63,824 nucleotides of DNA, filler included, from Chrysochromulina tobinii (GCA_001275005.1; 6 parts of 6 records of this genome joined end to end with filler, not necessarily neighbours in it), one strand, 5' to 3'. Shown: positions 1-12,339, counted from the first letter of the whole stretch. A program made the numbers and translations. Notes: a model not told the origin generated them from the sequence alone.

Positions 1-87
1 ATTGCAGCATGAAGTCGATGATCGCCTCGCCTGTGTGGTGTCGCGACAGGTGCTCCCGCCAGCGCTCCGAGTAGGAGTAGTCGAAGG

Positions 88-124
<37 letters not shown>
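88..124. repeat. (GCTT)n microsatellite
   Basis: About 9 perfect GCTT units read directly. Confidence 0.9.
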
Positions 125-227
125 AACGCACGCACACAAGTTGCAACATCTGGAAGGCGCTCTGTTGAGCGCGATTCCCAAAATCATTCCGATCGACAAA
201 GCTTGACCCCTTTTTGCCGAGCCGAAT

Positions 228-2340
228 ATGGCCGCGCCGGTACGTCTCCCGTGTGCCTGGCAAGCAGGCACCAGCGAATGGTGTCGAGGCGACGTCTCGG
301 GCTGCCTGCGTGCGCAGCGATCGTCCCGAGCACGAAGCACCGAGGGCTCCCACCTGTGGCCAATGCACCTGCCGCAGCACTTTGCTGAGCAGTGCTGCCG
401 CTCCTCTGCACAGGATGGCGTCAATCCTGATGTGCTCGAGATGATGAAGTCAGGCAGCTACTTCTTCAAGCATGATTTTGGCCGCAACAAGCGCAGCCGC
501 AAGCACATGAAATTGAGCGGTGATGGGCTCTCGCTCAAGTGGAAGGCCGTCGGTGCCAATGAGACAGTTGCTGCTGACACACCCGGCGCCTCGTCGGGCG
601 GCATCTTCCGGAGCTCCTCCTTCAGCCGCACCACCTCCAGTGCGCACGCACCCGCGAACTCTCCTCGGCCGCCACGTGCGGTAGCCGACAGCCGACAGCT
701 GCTGCTGCAAAGCAAAGCAAAGCAAAGCAGCGTGCCAGCACCGCTGCGAGCTTGGGCCAGCCGCTTGGAGCTGCTGCGCCAGTCAGGCACTGGCCGACGC
801 GCTGCAGCATAGCGCGGACGCTGCACACCCGCCACCGCCGCACCACGGCTGGCGGACGCTCCGCGCGTCAACACGAAGCTCACCGCTGGCCGCCCCCACC
901 CAACGCAGTCTTGCTCACTGATGTGTCACACATCATCTACGGCCCGTACACGGACACGTTTGCGAAGAAGACGGCGATTGACCGCACCGACCCACGATGG
1001 GCCTGCTTCTCGCTCGTGCTTCGGGAGTCGCGCACGGTGCGCACCTCGCCGCGCCATCGACCGCGCGTTGCCGTGCACCCAAATTGGTCTTTGCTCTCCC
1101 TCCCCTTTTACCTGTCGCCTTCACCTGGAGGGGTCGTGAGGCTCGCCTTGATTACGTGCGTGGGCTCGCTCTTTTGCTGCTGCAGGTGGACTTTGCTGCT
1201 GAGGAGGAGTCCTCGCTGCTGCCGTGGCTGCTGGGGCTGCAGCAGCTGATCGTCTTTTTCTCGCCCAATGGTTCACATCCCAACGAGCGCTGGTCGCTCC
1301 CAAAGTTGCACCTGCAAAAGCTGCGCCTCAAGGTGAGCGGCGAGTCGGATCGCACGGGCCAGGGCCCGTACGACGTGGTGCTCTCCGCGATGCTCGATGT
1401 GGCGACGGAGCTGCAGATGTCGTCCGAGAAGGCGACGGTGCTGCAGGCGGCGTGGCGGCGGCGGAACGTGCAGGGCAAGTTCCAGACGGCGGTGCAGGAG
1501 ATGATGGAGATAAACGGCCTCATCGAGGACATCGAGCAGCGCGAGGTGGCCTTGAAGTCGAAGCAGGATGAGACGGCCGTGACCATCGAGGAGGCGATGA
1601 AGTCGTCCGCCAACGAGCAGCCGCCGAAGCAGCCTTCGGATAGGGACATGCGCGACCCTAAGAAGATGCAGGAGTACATGCTTGCGATGGGAGAGTTCTC
1701 GGCGCGGCAGCAGCTCAAACTCTTCCAGGTGGATGAGGTGGTGCAGGCGAACCAGGCGGTCTCCAAGGAGCTGCACGAGCTCGAGGTCGAGAAGCGCAAG
1801 CTGCAGAACCTCTCAGACAAGCTGCAGTTCTCTATCTCGGCTGCGCACATGCAGACTCTGTCGCCGGCGGAGGCCGACAAGGTGATGGACATCCAGAGGC
1901 AGCTTGGGGTGACGCCGCGCGGCACCATCCGCGGGCCGGGCGTGCGCAAGGTCGAGCTCTACAAGGAGGATCAGCAGACGCGCTTGGGGATCATTTTCCA
2001 TCAGAACACGCCCGATGAGCTCTCCGACGTCGCCGCGGACATTACGCCGCGTGCGGGCAACTCGAGCACTGTCGTCATCCCGATCATCAAGGTGATCGAC
2101 AAGAGCGGCGTCGCAGGCAAAGCAGCCAACCTGTACGAAGGGGACCAGGTGCTCTCGGTCAACGGCGTCGCCGCGCTCTCCAACATACAGGCCGTGCAGA
2201 TGCTGCGCGAGGCGGTGGGCACTGTCGTGCTTGCCGTTAAGGAGACGCCAATCACGCGCACGCCGCGCGGCAGCATTGAGAATCCCAACCTCAGGTCACC
2301 CTTCAGCTCGGGCCTCCGACCCCTCGCCCAGGCGCAGTAG
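228..2340 (+). CDS. Spliced PH-like + IQ motif + coiled-coil + PDZ domain protein (about 3 introns: 240-413, ~640-908, ~1037-1186)
   Basis: GT-AG junctions join MAAP|DGVNPDVLEMMKSGSYFFKH...WK to LLTDVSHIIYG...CFSLV..RT|VDFAAEEESSLLPWLLGLQQL (PLC-type PH fold). IQ-like LQAAWRRR. C-terminal PDZ LGIIF...GDQVLSVNG...AVQMLREAVGTVVLAV. Confidence 0.75.
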
Positions 2341-3028
2341 GCACCTCACGCAAGGGTGTATCGCGGCGCGCGACGGCATCGGCGGCGGCGTGCGAGCCGC
2401 GACGCCTTGGACTGCGTCGTTGGAGGCCCTGTGGCTCGAGGCGCGCTCGAGAGCGCACCATGTCCGTTTGGGCTCGGCGAATGTGGGGTGGGGCGAGTGT
2501 GAGCTGATCGCGTCGCGCTGGCCGTGTGGCAGGCGCGTTGGCGGACATCGCACCGAACCAAGTGAGTGGCGTGTGCGAGTGATGCTGATGGGGGGCTGTT
2601 GGGCATGAGTGTGCGTCGCGGCTAGGGATGCATGAAGGTCGCTGGTCGGCGGCTCATGTGGAAGAGAGACTAGAGAGCGACGCCACTCTCGGCACTGTGG
2701 CGGCGCAGGTGGGCCTGGGCGCAACGAAGTTGTATCTACGACCTGTCGCATGCGTAACAGCGTAACCGTGCTCTGTGGATAGCGTGGAACATGCGTTGTG
2801 TCATGTGTGCGCTGACCGCTGCCCGCCTGCCGCCTCCGTTCTCCGACAGGCTGGAGTCGAGTGTGTCTGTGTATCGCGTGATACCTCGTTAAAATCGTTT
2901 TTATTTGTATAACCGGGCACACCGGCGGTCGATGCGCGCGTGCGCGACTCGACCGCGTCGGGCGCCTCGGGCCGCGGGGAGACCGGCCCGCGCGGCCGCG
3001 GGCGTGCGGCCTCTTATAACTTATTTCG

Positions 3029-3880
3029 TTAGGAGGCCGCACATTCGGAGAGCACCTCGACTTTGGCGAGCAGACTCGCGGCCTCGCCCGCCGCATTCTC
3101 GAGCAGCTGGAGGCGCTCCTCGACGGCGTCGAGGCCGGCCGAGACGACGCGGCCCATCACGACGGCGCCGTCCGACGCACGCACGACAGTCGCGCTCACA
3201 TAGAGCCTCGGCGGCCTGCCAGCGGCGCTCACATCGATGACCAGGTCGGCGGGCGGCGGCGGCTGCAACTGCTCGCGCAGGGCTGTGGCGACGCTCGAGG
3301 TGCCGAGACTCCCAGGAGGGGAGCTTAACGACGGCGGTTGACCTGTCGTGCTGAGGATAGCCGGTGGTGTCACAGCCATGTCCGTCGGCGGCGGGACGAG
3401 AGTGACCGCGTTCATCGCACTGGAAATTAGCGCGAGCACTTGTTGGAGAGACGTGCGCGCCGTCGGAAGGGTTGCGTGCCCTACACCCAAGGAAGCGATC
3501 GCTTGCGCGACCCGGTTTTGCATCGTGACGAGTGCTGGGAGTGGCACGCTCATCCGTCCCAGCAATGCCGAGTAGGGCATGTCTTGGTTCCAGCGCGGAA
3601 GCGTGAGATGAATGCGAAGCGCGGTCAATGCGGTGGAACCGACAACGGCGGTGAGAAGCAGAGGCTCATCCTCGCTGCTCGTCGCCGGCTCCCGGCTCTT
3701 GCAGTGCAGCGGCGCGCTGCGTCCTGATGAGGCCTCGTGCAGCGAGATGGAAACCCCCAGGAGCAGCTGCCGGATACGCGCAAAGACGCGCTTGCACTCC
3801 GTCGAGAGCAGCCATTGGATTTCGCGCCGCAACGCCTCGGCCTCGAGGTCGAGGTTAGGCTCGGCTTCGATACACTGCAT
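3029..3880 (-). CDS. ROGDI: Rogdi / RAVE subunit Rav2-like protein
   Basis: N-terminal EALRREIQWLLSTECKRVFARIRQLL resembles the Rogdi E-E-x-WLL-x-E-V...L..L helix. C-terminal LQLLENA...LLAKVEVL helix also fits. Confidence 0.6.
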   Translation of the reverse strand: MQCIEAEPNLDLEAEALRREIQWLLSTECKRVFARIRQLLLGVSISLHEASSGRSAPLHCKSREPATSSEDEPLLLTAVVGSTALTALRIHLTLPRWNQDMPYSALLGRMSVPLPALVTMQNRVAQAIASLGVGHATLPTARTSLQQVLALISSAMNAVTLVPPPTDMAVTPPAILSTTGQPPSLSSPPGSLGTSSVATALREQLQPPPPADLVIDVSAAGRPPRLYVSATVVRASDGAVVMGRVVSAGLDAVEERLQLLENAAGEAASLLAKVEVLSECAAS

Positions 3881-3972
3881 TCACTCGGTTGCGAGCGCGT
3901 GCGGCGCGCCGAGAAAAAGTTGCGAACTTGCGCGATTCGGGCGGGGTTCGGCTGGCACCTGTTCCCGGCCGC

Positions 3973-5106
3973 ATGCCGACGCCATCATGGACGCAGACGC
4001 CCAAGGAGATCCACGTGACCCTCGCCGTCCCTGCTGGCACGCGCGGTAAGGACGTGCAGTGGCGGCTGACGAGTAAAGAGGTCGAGCTGCGCACTACGAC
4101 GCAGCCTGCAGGCGAGCCTGCGCTGCTCGGCAGTGCCTTCTTCAATCCTGTGCGCGCAGACGACTCAACGTGGGAGCTCGAGGGCGCGCCCGGCGGCGGC
4201 CGTCAGATACACATCGTGCTGTGTAAAGCCAAAGCCAACGTGCATTGGGACTGCTGCTTCATGGACGAGATCGACGAGACGATCACACATCGCACCTTCA
4301 TGGACGTGGCCATAGGCGGCCGCCCGATGGGGCGCATCGTGTACGGGCTTTACGGCAACGCGTACCCGAGGACGGTGGAAAACTTTCGCTGCCTATGTAC
4401 GGGTGAGAAAGGCGCGGTACGCCTGCGTAAAAAGGGGCCCATCATCCGGCTGCACTATAAGGGCACGAGCTTCTTCCGCGTCGTGCCGGGCTTTCTTTGC
4501 CAGGCAGGCGATGTGACGCACCACCCGCAGTTCCTCGGCGGCCGCTCCATCTATGGCGCGACATTTGACGACGAGGGCTTCAAGATTAAGCATAAGGGCG
4601 CGGGCGACTTGCTGATGGCCAACGCGGGCATGCCCAATAACAATCACTCGCAGTTTGCGGTCGCCATGAACCACCTGACCGAGTTCGAGAGCAAGCACAT
4701 CATCTTTGGCAAGGTGCTCGACGGCATGGACATCCTCAAGGTTATGGAGCTCGAGGGCTCGGGTGAGGGCTCCACCCGGCGCAAGATCTCCATCGATGTG
4801 AGCGGTGAGCTCGACGCCGCTGGCCAGCCCATCGTACTTACGCCACCGCCGACGAGCGCCAGCAGCGCCAGCAGCGCCAGCAGCGCCAGCACCGCCAGCA
4901 CCGCCAGCACCGCCAGCACCTCCGGCACCGCCGGCAGCGTCGGCAGCGGTGGTGTTGACAGCAAGACTGTGGCTGGTGACGATGGCAGTGGCGCGCTCGC
5001 GGTCAACGCCGAGGACACGCTTGTCCTCGAGGAGGCGGAGGAGGATGGTCCCGAGCTGGAGATCAACGACGGTGGGCCGATGATCGAGGAATACGGTCGC
5101 GGGTGA
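3973..5106 (+). CDS. CS (p23/NudC-like) domain + cyclophilin PPIase
   Basis: WTQT..EIHV...DDSTWELE...IVLCK...W is a CS domain. PRTVENFRCLCTGEKG, FFRVVPGFLCQAGD, SIYG..FDDE, MANAG, SQF and KHIIFGKV are cyclophilin motifs. Acidic tail. Confidence 0.9.
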   Translation: MPTPSWTQTPKEIHVTLAVPAGTRGKDVQWRLTSKEVELRTTTQPAGEPALLGSAFFNPVRADDSTWELEGAPGGGRQIHIVLCKAKANVHWDCCFMDEIDETITHRTFMDVAIGGRPMGRIVYGLYGNAYPRTVENFRCLCTGEKGAVRLRKKGPIIRLHYKGTSFFRVVPGFLCQAGDVTHHPQFLGGRSIYGATFDDEGFKIKHKGAGDLLMANAGMPNNNHSQFAVAMNHLTEFESKHIIFGKVLDGMDILKVMELEGSGEGSTRRKISIDVSGELDAAGQPIVLTPPPTSASSASSASSASTASTASTASTSGTAGSVGSGGVDSKTVAGDDGSGALAVNAEDTLVLEEAEEDGPELEINDGGPMIEEYGRG

Positions 5107-5358
5107 CAGGGAAGCGATTAAGTACGCGTGCCGATCGCGATCGGCCCGATAGCAATAGCCGTATCGACTAACGTCGTGTATACGCTTAAGTATACGCAAT
5201 ACGGTGTAGTTCTCGTTAGTGTCTGTAGAGAAAGGTGTAGATCGAACACGGACAACATTCCGGATGATATAACGGGTGGCTATAGCACATGAAGTGCTCT
5301 CCTGATACCTACCTTAAAACTGAGAATTCTGTCAAGACCCGAGAGCGTACTGATTCTC

Positions 5359-6069
5359 TCATGGCGGCGGGGCCGCGCCCGCTGCCTCCACATCTGCGTC
5401 ATCGTCGCCGAAAGCTTCGTCACTGAAGATCTCGCCGCGCGGATCTGTGCGCACCAGCTCCATGCGGTTGAGCACCAGGGACGCCTCGGTCATCAGCCGA
5501 GTCAAATTGCCTGGCCGCGTCGGCCCGGTCGCGTCGGTCGCGCGGCCGGCGGTGTCGACGGCTTTCGTATTGGCCGGGGACGGCGCCAGCCGCTGCGTCT
5601 GCAGCAGCTGCGCTGTGAGCGCTGCCACCTGCGTCAGCAACTGCTCCTGGGCCGCTCTCGCTTGCTGACGCTGCTGCTCGAGCCGCTGCTCGAGCTGAAT
5701 TACTCGCTCCTGCAGCACGACCATGTCGTCGGAGATGGGCTGTAAAGGTGCACCTGAGACAGGAAGGCTCCTCCAGGAGGGAGACCCGGCGGCGGGGTCA
5801 TCGCTGCGCTGAGAGGCTTGTTCATCGTCGCGCTGGCGGCTCTCGTCGCGTTGGCTGCTTTCCTCTGCCTCTGCGTTGAGATCCGGCGCAGAGACATTGA
5901 CAGAGACGCTGCCGGACTTCATCATCTCGACAGTGACAGTCATACTTCCTTTCGGCTTGTTGCCAGTTGCAGGGCGCTTCCCCTTGGCAGCCTTCGTGGG
6001 GTTGCTGGTCTTTGGAGGACTTGCGCTTTTTGTGGCCTTGTGACTTGGCAAGTGAGCGGCCCCCGGCAT
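5359..6069 (-). CDS. Hypothetical coiled-coil protein
   Basis: Long ORF with a Q/E-rich heptad region (LQERVIQLEQRLEQQRQQ). Start codon uncertain. Confidence 0.5.
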   Translation of the reverse strand: MPGAAHLPSHKATKSASPPKTSNPTKAAKGKRPATGNKPKGSMTVTVEMMKSGSVSVNVSAPDLNAEAEESSQRDESRQRDDEQASQRSDDPAAGSPSWRSLPVSGAPLQPISDDMVVLQERVIQLEQRLEQQRQQARAAQEQLLTQVAALTAQLLQTQRLAPSPANTKAVDTAGRATDATGPTRPGNLTRLMTEASLVLNRMELVRTDPRGEIFSDEAFGDDDADVEAAGAAPPP

Positions 6070-6700
6070 GCTGAAGACGCAGTCGCGGACGATTTCATTC
6101 AAGCTGACGAATTCAATGTGAATTCACACACACGCACGGCGAGACAGTGAACAGAAATACCGAACTAACAATGAGACACATGCAGAATTCACACCAAAGA
6201 ATACAGGACTCTCCAATTTGAGACACAAATGCAGGCGGAGCGAGCTTAATCATTCACAACACCAACACAAGTGAACGCAGCATGACGCGGAAAGAATCGA
6301 AAAAAATCGTTTCTTCTCGAATTATGCGTGTCATCCTTGCGCAGGGGCCTGTGACCGTGAAATCGACCGCGTCTTGGTGAGCATGAATACAAGCATTTGA
6401 AATCAGCAGATTCGAGTATCGAGCGAGCTTCACCATGCTAATCTTCTCTGTATCGTTCCAAGTTTAATGGATGCTCCGAAGAGTCCAAAACAGTTATAAT
6501 TTGATGTGGCATATAAATGCTGCAGCACCCGAGCACCCCGCGGCCGGTCGACCTCAATGGTTCCCTTCAACCGCATCCGACTGAAAGAAAATATCAAGAG
6601 ATATTCGCGGCACTGTATCCTCCCCCTCTTCAGCACCTCCCGTCTTTTTCCTCCCCCGCCGCGTGTTTCATGTCGTGTTTCCCTCATTAATGCTCTCTCA

Positions 6701-7243
6701 ATGATCGACGTGCTCGTGATCGGCACGCTCAGCGTATCATCAAGTGTGGCGCTCGCAGTTGTTTGCTACTGGCTCTATGCCATGGCCAGGCTGCCACGAC
6801 TCGAGAGCCTCTCCAATATCGTCGACGAATTCTCAGAGCAGCCCGACGAGCGCGATGTGCGAGGTGCGTTTTCCGCCGCAGCTTGCGAGCCAGCTGCCTC
6901 TGCACAGCGAAGCTGGATCACCGCTCACGCGTTCGCGCGTGCCCGCATGCGTGTCGTGACTAACGCACCTCTTGTGTGTGCAGATTGGGCGCGCACGGAT
7001 GCGATTCCAAAGATTGTCGACCTTCCGGTCACCTACGTGAGTAATGTGCTCTTCGGAACGTCGGCAGTGCTCTTGCGTGATGCTGCTGCGGCGGCAGCCG
7101 CGCCTGCCGCCGCGGTCAGGAGGGGCCGCGATCGAGCATCCGCATCGCCGTGCAGCAGCAGTACTCGAGGTGGAGAGCGCTCATCTGTGCCTGGTAACGG
7201 CGGGGCTCATAACACTCGCCGACGACGGCCGGCGAACGTTTGA
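6701..7243 (+). CDS. Small single-pass membrane protein, probable intron 6864-6983
   Basis: Hydrophobic N-terminus (VLVIGTLSVSSSVALAVVCYWLYAM). GTGCGT donor, GACTAAC branch point and TGCAG acceptor define a 120-nt in-frame intron. Confidence 0.5.
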   Translation: MIDVLVIGTLSVSSSVALAVVCYWLYAMARLPRLESLSNIVDEFSEQPDERDVRGAFSAAACEPAASAQRSWITAHAFARARMRVVTNAPLVCADWARTDAIPKIVDLPVTYVSNVLFGTSAVLLRDAAAAAAAPAAAVRRGRDRASASPCSSSTRGGERSSVPGNGGAHNTRRRRPANV

Positions 7244-7657
7244 TATTTGCGAAAATGCTTTGTACGTGTGCCTATACGTGCTGGTGCGTGTACATCGAAA
7301 ATATTACAGATATTCCGGCTGTACGTGCTGTACGAGCCGAACCAAAGCCGGGAGACTATAAGCCGCCGCGCCGGGAACCGGCCGGCCGGCGCGCGAACCG
7401 GCGCGCGGCGGGCGGCGGCGGCCATTCATAGGCTCATTCGATAGGTAGATCTTCCCGAATTGGGCATATGCCGCTATGACATTCGTAATTCCCGAAGGAT
7501 CCACGCACCACGATTTTATGTAGGTCGATCGCCGCTTCGCGCTCGTGAGGAATTCTCGGAAGTGGAATAGAGGCTGCGCAAGAGTTGTTGCATGCCAGGG
7601 CCCTTGTGCACAGCGCTTGCGCGATGTGCGGAGCGCAATGCGCACAGCTCTTCAACA

Positions 7658-9466
7658 CTAGAGTCTCCGAAGCTTGGGGAGCGCCTGGGTCTCGCGCGCG
7701 GCGGCAAGCCTTGCATTGTACTCGCTCATGTGCTGTGTGAGGAGCTCTCCGAACTCGGCCGCATGCGCCATGTCGCCGACCAACTCGTAAAAGGCAGTGA
7801 AGCTCTCGAGCGCGCGCCGCCGCATGTGCTCGTCAAACATCTTCGCACCAATGATGAGCGCAGACGAGAGTGCATCCTCCGCGCGCCGCTTCTTCTGCGC
7901 GCGCAGCCCTTCGGCGTCGTCGGCGGTGAGGGCCGCAGCGATCGCCGGGTCGTCCGCTCGCGGGCCAACCGCGGCCGCGAGGGCCGCGAGGGCCGGCGCC
8001 GCCAGCGCGTCGCATCGTGACTCGCTCGCAGAGTCCTTGATGCACTTCTTGAGCCGGCGCTCGGCATCCTCGTGCTGACCGAGGGCGAGGCTCGCGTGGC
8101 CCTGAACGAGGAAGATGGCGCTGCGGAGCAGCCTCTGAGGCTTACCCTCCTCTGCGTGGAGCATCTTGTCGAGCGCCTCGAGCTGCGCCTTGGGGCTCGG
8201 CGCTCGCAGCAGCAGCCTGAGCAGCTCGCACCACTGGGCAAGCGTCGCGCTCCGCGCCCCGGCCGAAGAGCCCGTGGTCCCCGAGGTCCCTTGGGCTGCG
8301 GCTGCGCGACGGCCAGGCTCCGGCTGCGCGACGTCCATTGCCTCGTCCACAAGCTCGAGCGCTGCCGAGCGCTCTCCGAGAGCCAGGGCCAGCTGGGCCA
8401 GCAGGAGCTTCCACACGGTGCGTCCGCTTGGGCAGCGCGGCGCGACGGCGTTGGTGGCAGCGGACGCAGCTGCGGCGGACGACGACTTTACACCGGCAGC
8501 GCAGGAGGCAGCGCAGGAGGCGTGCTCGTCGTCGCTGTGCAGGCCAGCATGGAGGTCCTTGAGCGTCTCGAGCGCCGTCTCAAAGTCCATCCGCGCGATG
8601 GCCAGCGCCGCGCGCAGCAGCTTGGCCTCGGCGGCGACGGCGGCCTGGCGCGTGTCACTCGTGGGCAAGGCGCACGCGCTCAGCAACTCGTCAAGCGCCT
8701 CCCGCGCCGGGCCGTGCGCTCCCTGGCGCGCAAGGATGAGCGTCGAGTGGAGGCTGAGCACGCGCAGCAGCTCGTCGCGCGTCGCCCAGCTGTGCAGGCC
8801 CGGCACCGACGCGGCGTCCCTCGGAAGCGCGACCACGGCGTCGCGCGCAGACGTGACCATGCGTCCCGCAGCCGCGAACTGGCCCTCTCGCACGAGTAAG
8901 CTGACATGCAGCGCACCGCAGTGCGCCGCCAGCCATGGCGCGGCTTCGTGGCCGCTCGATTCGAGCTGCAGCACGCCTCGGACGCACTCGAGGAGCACCT
9001 TGGACTCCTTGAGCATGCCGCTCCGCAGCAGGCTCTTGATGACCCTCAGTGCTGCCGTCACTGCCTCGAGCCAGCAGTCCCAGTCGCTGCCCGCGATACG
9101 GCCACACGCCTGCACCGCCGACCGCAGGTGCCCGATGGCCAGCGCGTGGTCCTCGGTGTGCTCGTGCAGCAGTGTGCCCGCTGCAATGTGTGCACGGCAC
9201 CGGAGTGCCTCGGGTAGGTCCTTGGCGCCAGGCGTGTGGCAGATGGCAAGCGCGTGACGCAAGCGCTCGAGCGGTGCGAGCGCGGGCTCACTGCCGCCGG
9301 TCGCGCGGTGCAGCAGATGTGCGGCCGCTGCGACCATCAACTCGGGAGGAGGTGGCGGCGCAGGGCTTTCTGGCGACGGCATTCGATTGCCCGCGAAGTT
9401 GGAGAGGCGAGTGTGAGGCGACACTTCTGAAGTGAACATGGAGGGTGTCCCGAGGGTGTCCCACAT
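7658..9466 (-). CDS. MAU2: MAU2/Scc4 cohesin loader subunit (TPR-like)
   Basis: RAHIAAGTLLHEHTEDHALAIGHLRSA resembles MAU2 RTHLQLGSVLYHHTKN...ARSHLEKA. LRSAIFLVQG.......EDAERRLKKCIK resembles LRAAAFYVRG...NEAKRFLRETLK. Confidence 0.7.
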   Translation of the reverse strand: MWDTLGTPSMFTSEVSPHTRLSNFAGNRMPSPESPAPPPPPELMVAAAAHLLHRATGGSEPALAPLERLRHALAICHTPGAKDLPEALRCRAHIAAGTLLHEHTEDHALAIGHLRSAVQACGRIAGSDWDCWLEAVTAALRVIKSLLRSGMLKESKVLLECVRGVLQLESSGHEAAPWLAAHCGALHVSLLVREGQFAAAGRMVTSARDAVVALPRDAASVPGLHSWATRDELLRVLSLHSTLILARQGAHGPAREALDELLSACALPTSDTRQAAVAAEAKLLRAALAIARMDFETALETLKDLHAGLHSDDEHASCAASCAAGVKSSSAAAASAATNAVAPRCPSGRTVWKLLLAQLALALGERSAALELVDEAMDVAQPEPGRRAAAAQGTSGTTGSSAGARSATLAQWCELLRLLLRAPSPKAQLEALDKMLHAEEGKPQRLLRSAIFLVQGHASLALGQHEDAERRLKKCIKDSASESRCDALAAPALAALAAAVGPRADDPAIAAALTADDAEGLRAQKKRRAEDALSSALIIGAKMFDEHMRRRALESFTAFYELVGDMAHAAEFGELLTQHMSEYNARLAAARETQALPKLRRL

Positions 9467-9584
9467 GCGAGCGATGTGCGCAAGCTCGGTGATGCGCGTT
9501 CACAATTACATGTAACGACTGAACTCCAACGGTCGGCCCGCCGCCCACGGTGGTGTCTTTACGACTGTTTACGTCGGTGGCAGC

Positions 9585-10571
9585 ATGCCGGCCCTGCGTC
9601 TAGACCGGCCGCGAAGCGGTCTGCTCGGTTCGACCAACCGGCGAGACCTTGCCCCACCGCCTCGGATATCCATTCCGGGCAGCGCGATGAACGCCACCCT
9701 GCCGGCCAATTCGTCTCCGCCGAAGCTTGGGCGGCCAGCATCGGCGCCCGTGCATGGCAGAAGCCTCTCTCCACCACCACTGACATCCACGTTGCCCGCC
9801 GGCCATCGTGTGGCTGATCTGTTGAAACCTCCAACCACTGCCGCAGCACTTGCCGCTGCTGCCGGCTGCGCCGCCGGCCCCTCGTCGTCCGGGACTGCAA
9901 GATCGGCGCCCCAGCTTCTCACCCCAGCCGATGTTGCCGCAGTGTATGGAGCGGCTCCTGCGCCGCACCACCGGGAAGCGCCGAAGCGGCAGTTGCCTGG
10001 GAACCGAGGACTGCAATATCGCCCCGCGCCCACGAAGCTGCAGTCTACGGCGCTGCATCGGCCGCCGCCCACGGCCGCGGAGGCGGCAAGCCGTGAACAC
10101 AACGTAGCACGCGTGATGTCGATGCTGCGGCAGCGCACGACGGTCAGGATGGCGGTGCGGCCGATCTACCGCGCAATGGATGAAGACCACCGCGGAGGTG
10201 TCACGCACGAGGAGTTCATCGATCACATGCGCCGGCTCGGGCTCGAGGAGCCTGACCACGTCCTCAAGTGGGTCGCTGAGGCCATCGACCAAGCCGGCGA
10301 GGACATGGTCACCTACGCTGCTTTCGGCAAGGCGCTGAGCCCCGGCGAGATGGAGGACGGGCTTTTGAAGCCCGAGCTCAAGGTCGCGCTCGAGGTCGCG
10401 CAGGGGCGGCGGCCGCAGCCGTCGCGTGCCGCACTCGACTACCCACCACGTCCGCCGCCCGCCTTCCCGATCGCTCCTCAGTCGCTCAAGGGCGGTGCTG
10501 CGCTGCTCTCGAGCAAGTACGCGTGGAGTGAATGGGGCGGCGTGCCCTTGCCCGCGGAAGCAGGCGTGGCA

Positions 10572-10605
<34 letters not shown>

Positions 10606-11861
10606 GCGGCGGCACTGACGGCGGCACCGACGGCAAGTCAGCCGGCGCCCTGCGCCCGGGCGGTCCACTGCGCGTGCAGGAGCGCGCCGAGGCGCGTGCG
10701 CGCCACAAGGTGCAGTCAGTGCTCGACGCGCTGCGGCAGCAGATTGAGATCCATGGATCGATCGCCAAGGCCTTCCGGCGGCTCGAGACGACCAAGGACT
10801 CCAAGATCGACCCGGCCGAACTTCAAGGTTACCTGCGCAAGCAACTGCACATCGACATGAGCGATGAGACCTCCCGCGACGTGATCAGGGAGTTCGACGC
10901 CAACGGTGATGGCGAGATTGAGTACAGCGAATTCGTGCGACGCCTGCTCGGCAAGTTTGACATCGACACTACGGGAGATCGCAACGGCGCGCACGGCGGC
11001 GGCGGCCAGCACGTCGCGATGGATTCGCAGAGCGCGGGGCAGCGCGCCGCAGCAGCGCAGCGCGCGCGCGGCGGGGTGGGAGCCCTGAACGCCATGCAGC
11101 GGCACGATGCGGCGATCGCGATGGAGACCATTCGGCAGCGGCTGCTCACGAAGCACGCCAATTTGCGCGACGCGTTTCGCGCGATCGACGTCGACTCGGA
11201 CAACACGCTCAGCTATGACGAATTCGGACAGCTCATCCTGCAGTGGATGCCCGAACTGGAACCCGGCAAGTGCGACGACGTGTGCCGGCTCCTCGACGCC
11301 GACGGCGACGGCATGATCGACTTTGACGAGTTCTCGTCGGTGCTGGCCGCCTCGGGCAACAACCTGAAGCACTCAACGGGCGCGCTACTACGCGAGCGCG
11401 AGCAGAAGGCGGTGAGCAATATGATGAATGCGCGCAAGGGGCGCTTCGGCGCAACGCCCGCGAGCTCGTATGGCATCCAGATCCGCGAGCTGATCGCCTC
11501 GTACCCGGGCACGACGCACTACATGGATGATGCCGCACGGTTCGGCCCCTCGGTCGCCGCGCAGCAAGTGCCCGAGTGGCAGCTCACCGACGCGGCCAAG
11601 AAGGCGCAGGCGGCGCTGGTGCGGCGCGAGCAGATGCGCTACCACACGCAGCGGCAGGAGGCCGTCGCCGGCGCGCGACAGCGGGTCTTCGAGCAGAGGC
11701 ACGACAGCAATATCAACTCACTCGTCGCGCAGCGTGCGCGGTACACTCAGGCTGTTGCAGTCCAGAACGTTTCCTACCTGAAGAACCAGGCAACGTTCAG
11801 GAGCGCGCACTCAAGGACCAATCAGATGTGTGAGCAGATGAACCCCCTATCAGCTGACTGA
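9585..11861 (+). CDS. Multi-EF-hand calcium-binding protein
   Basis: 758-aa ORF with EF loops DANGDGEIEYSE, DVDSDNTLSYDE, DADGDGMIDFDE and degenerate DEDHRGGVTHEE. Confidence 0.85.
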
Positions 11862-12339
11862 TGTGGCGCTGGTACGGGTTTTGGCGGAGGGGGCTGAGAC
11901 CTCGGTTGGTGCGTTTATCGCTACGTTTCATATACACCGGCCACGCGTGGAGGCGGAGGCGCGCGACGTCGCGCGCGCCCGGCGAGGACGCACATCTCTC
12001 ACAATCGCGAATCGCACCGTGCGTTGAGGGATGAGGCGCGGTGCTCACGTGCTGGGCGCCTCCACACCGCGCTCCACGCTCAGTTAGCGCGAGTTATGTG
12101 ACCGTACGTCTAGAGTGTCACGTTATGTACACGGTTACGATTTGAATAGCATAGAAACAACTGCTCTATGACTTTGTTAGTAGACAAGCGCTCAATTCTG
12201 ACTACGTAGAACGATGGGAAAAATGGAATCGTACGCTTTCTAGCCCAAACGGCTGTCTCCAATGCCTGTGTCACATGCCGCCTAGATGTAGCCTGTTGAT
12301 ACCGAGTTCAAAGCATGCGCAAGACAATGCGAGTTCACT

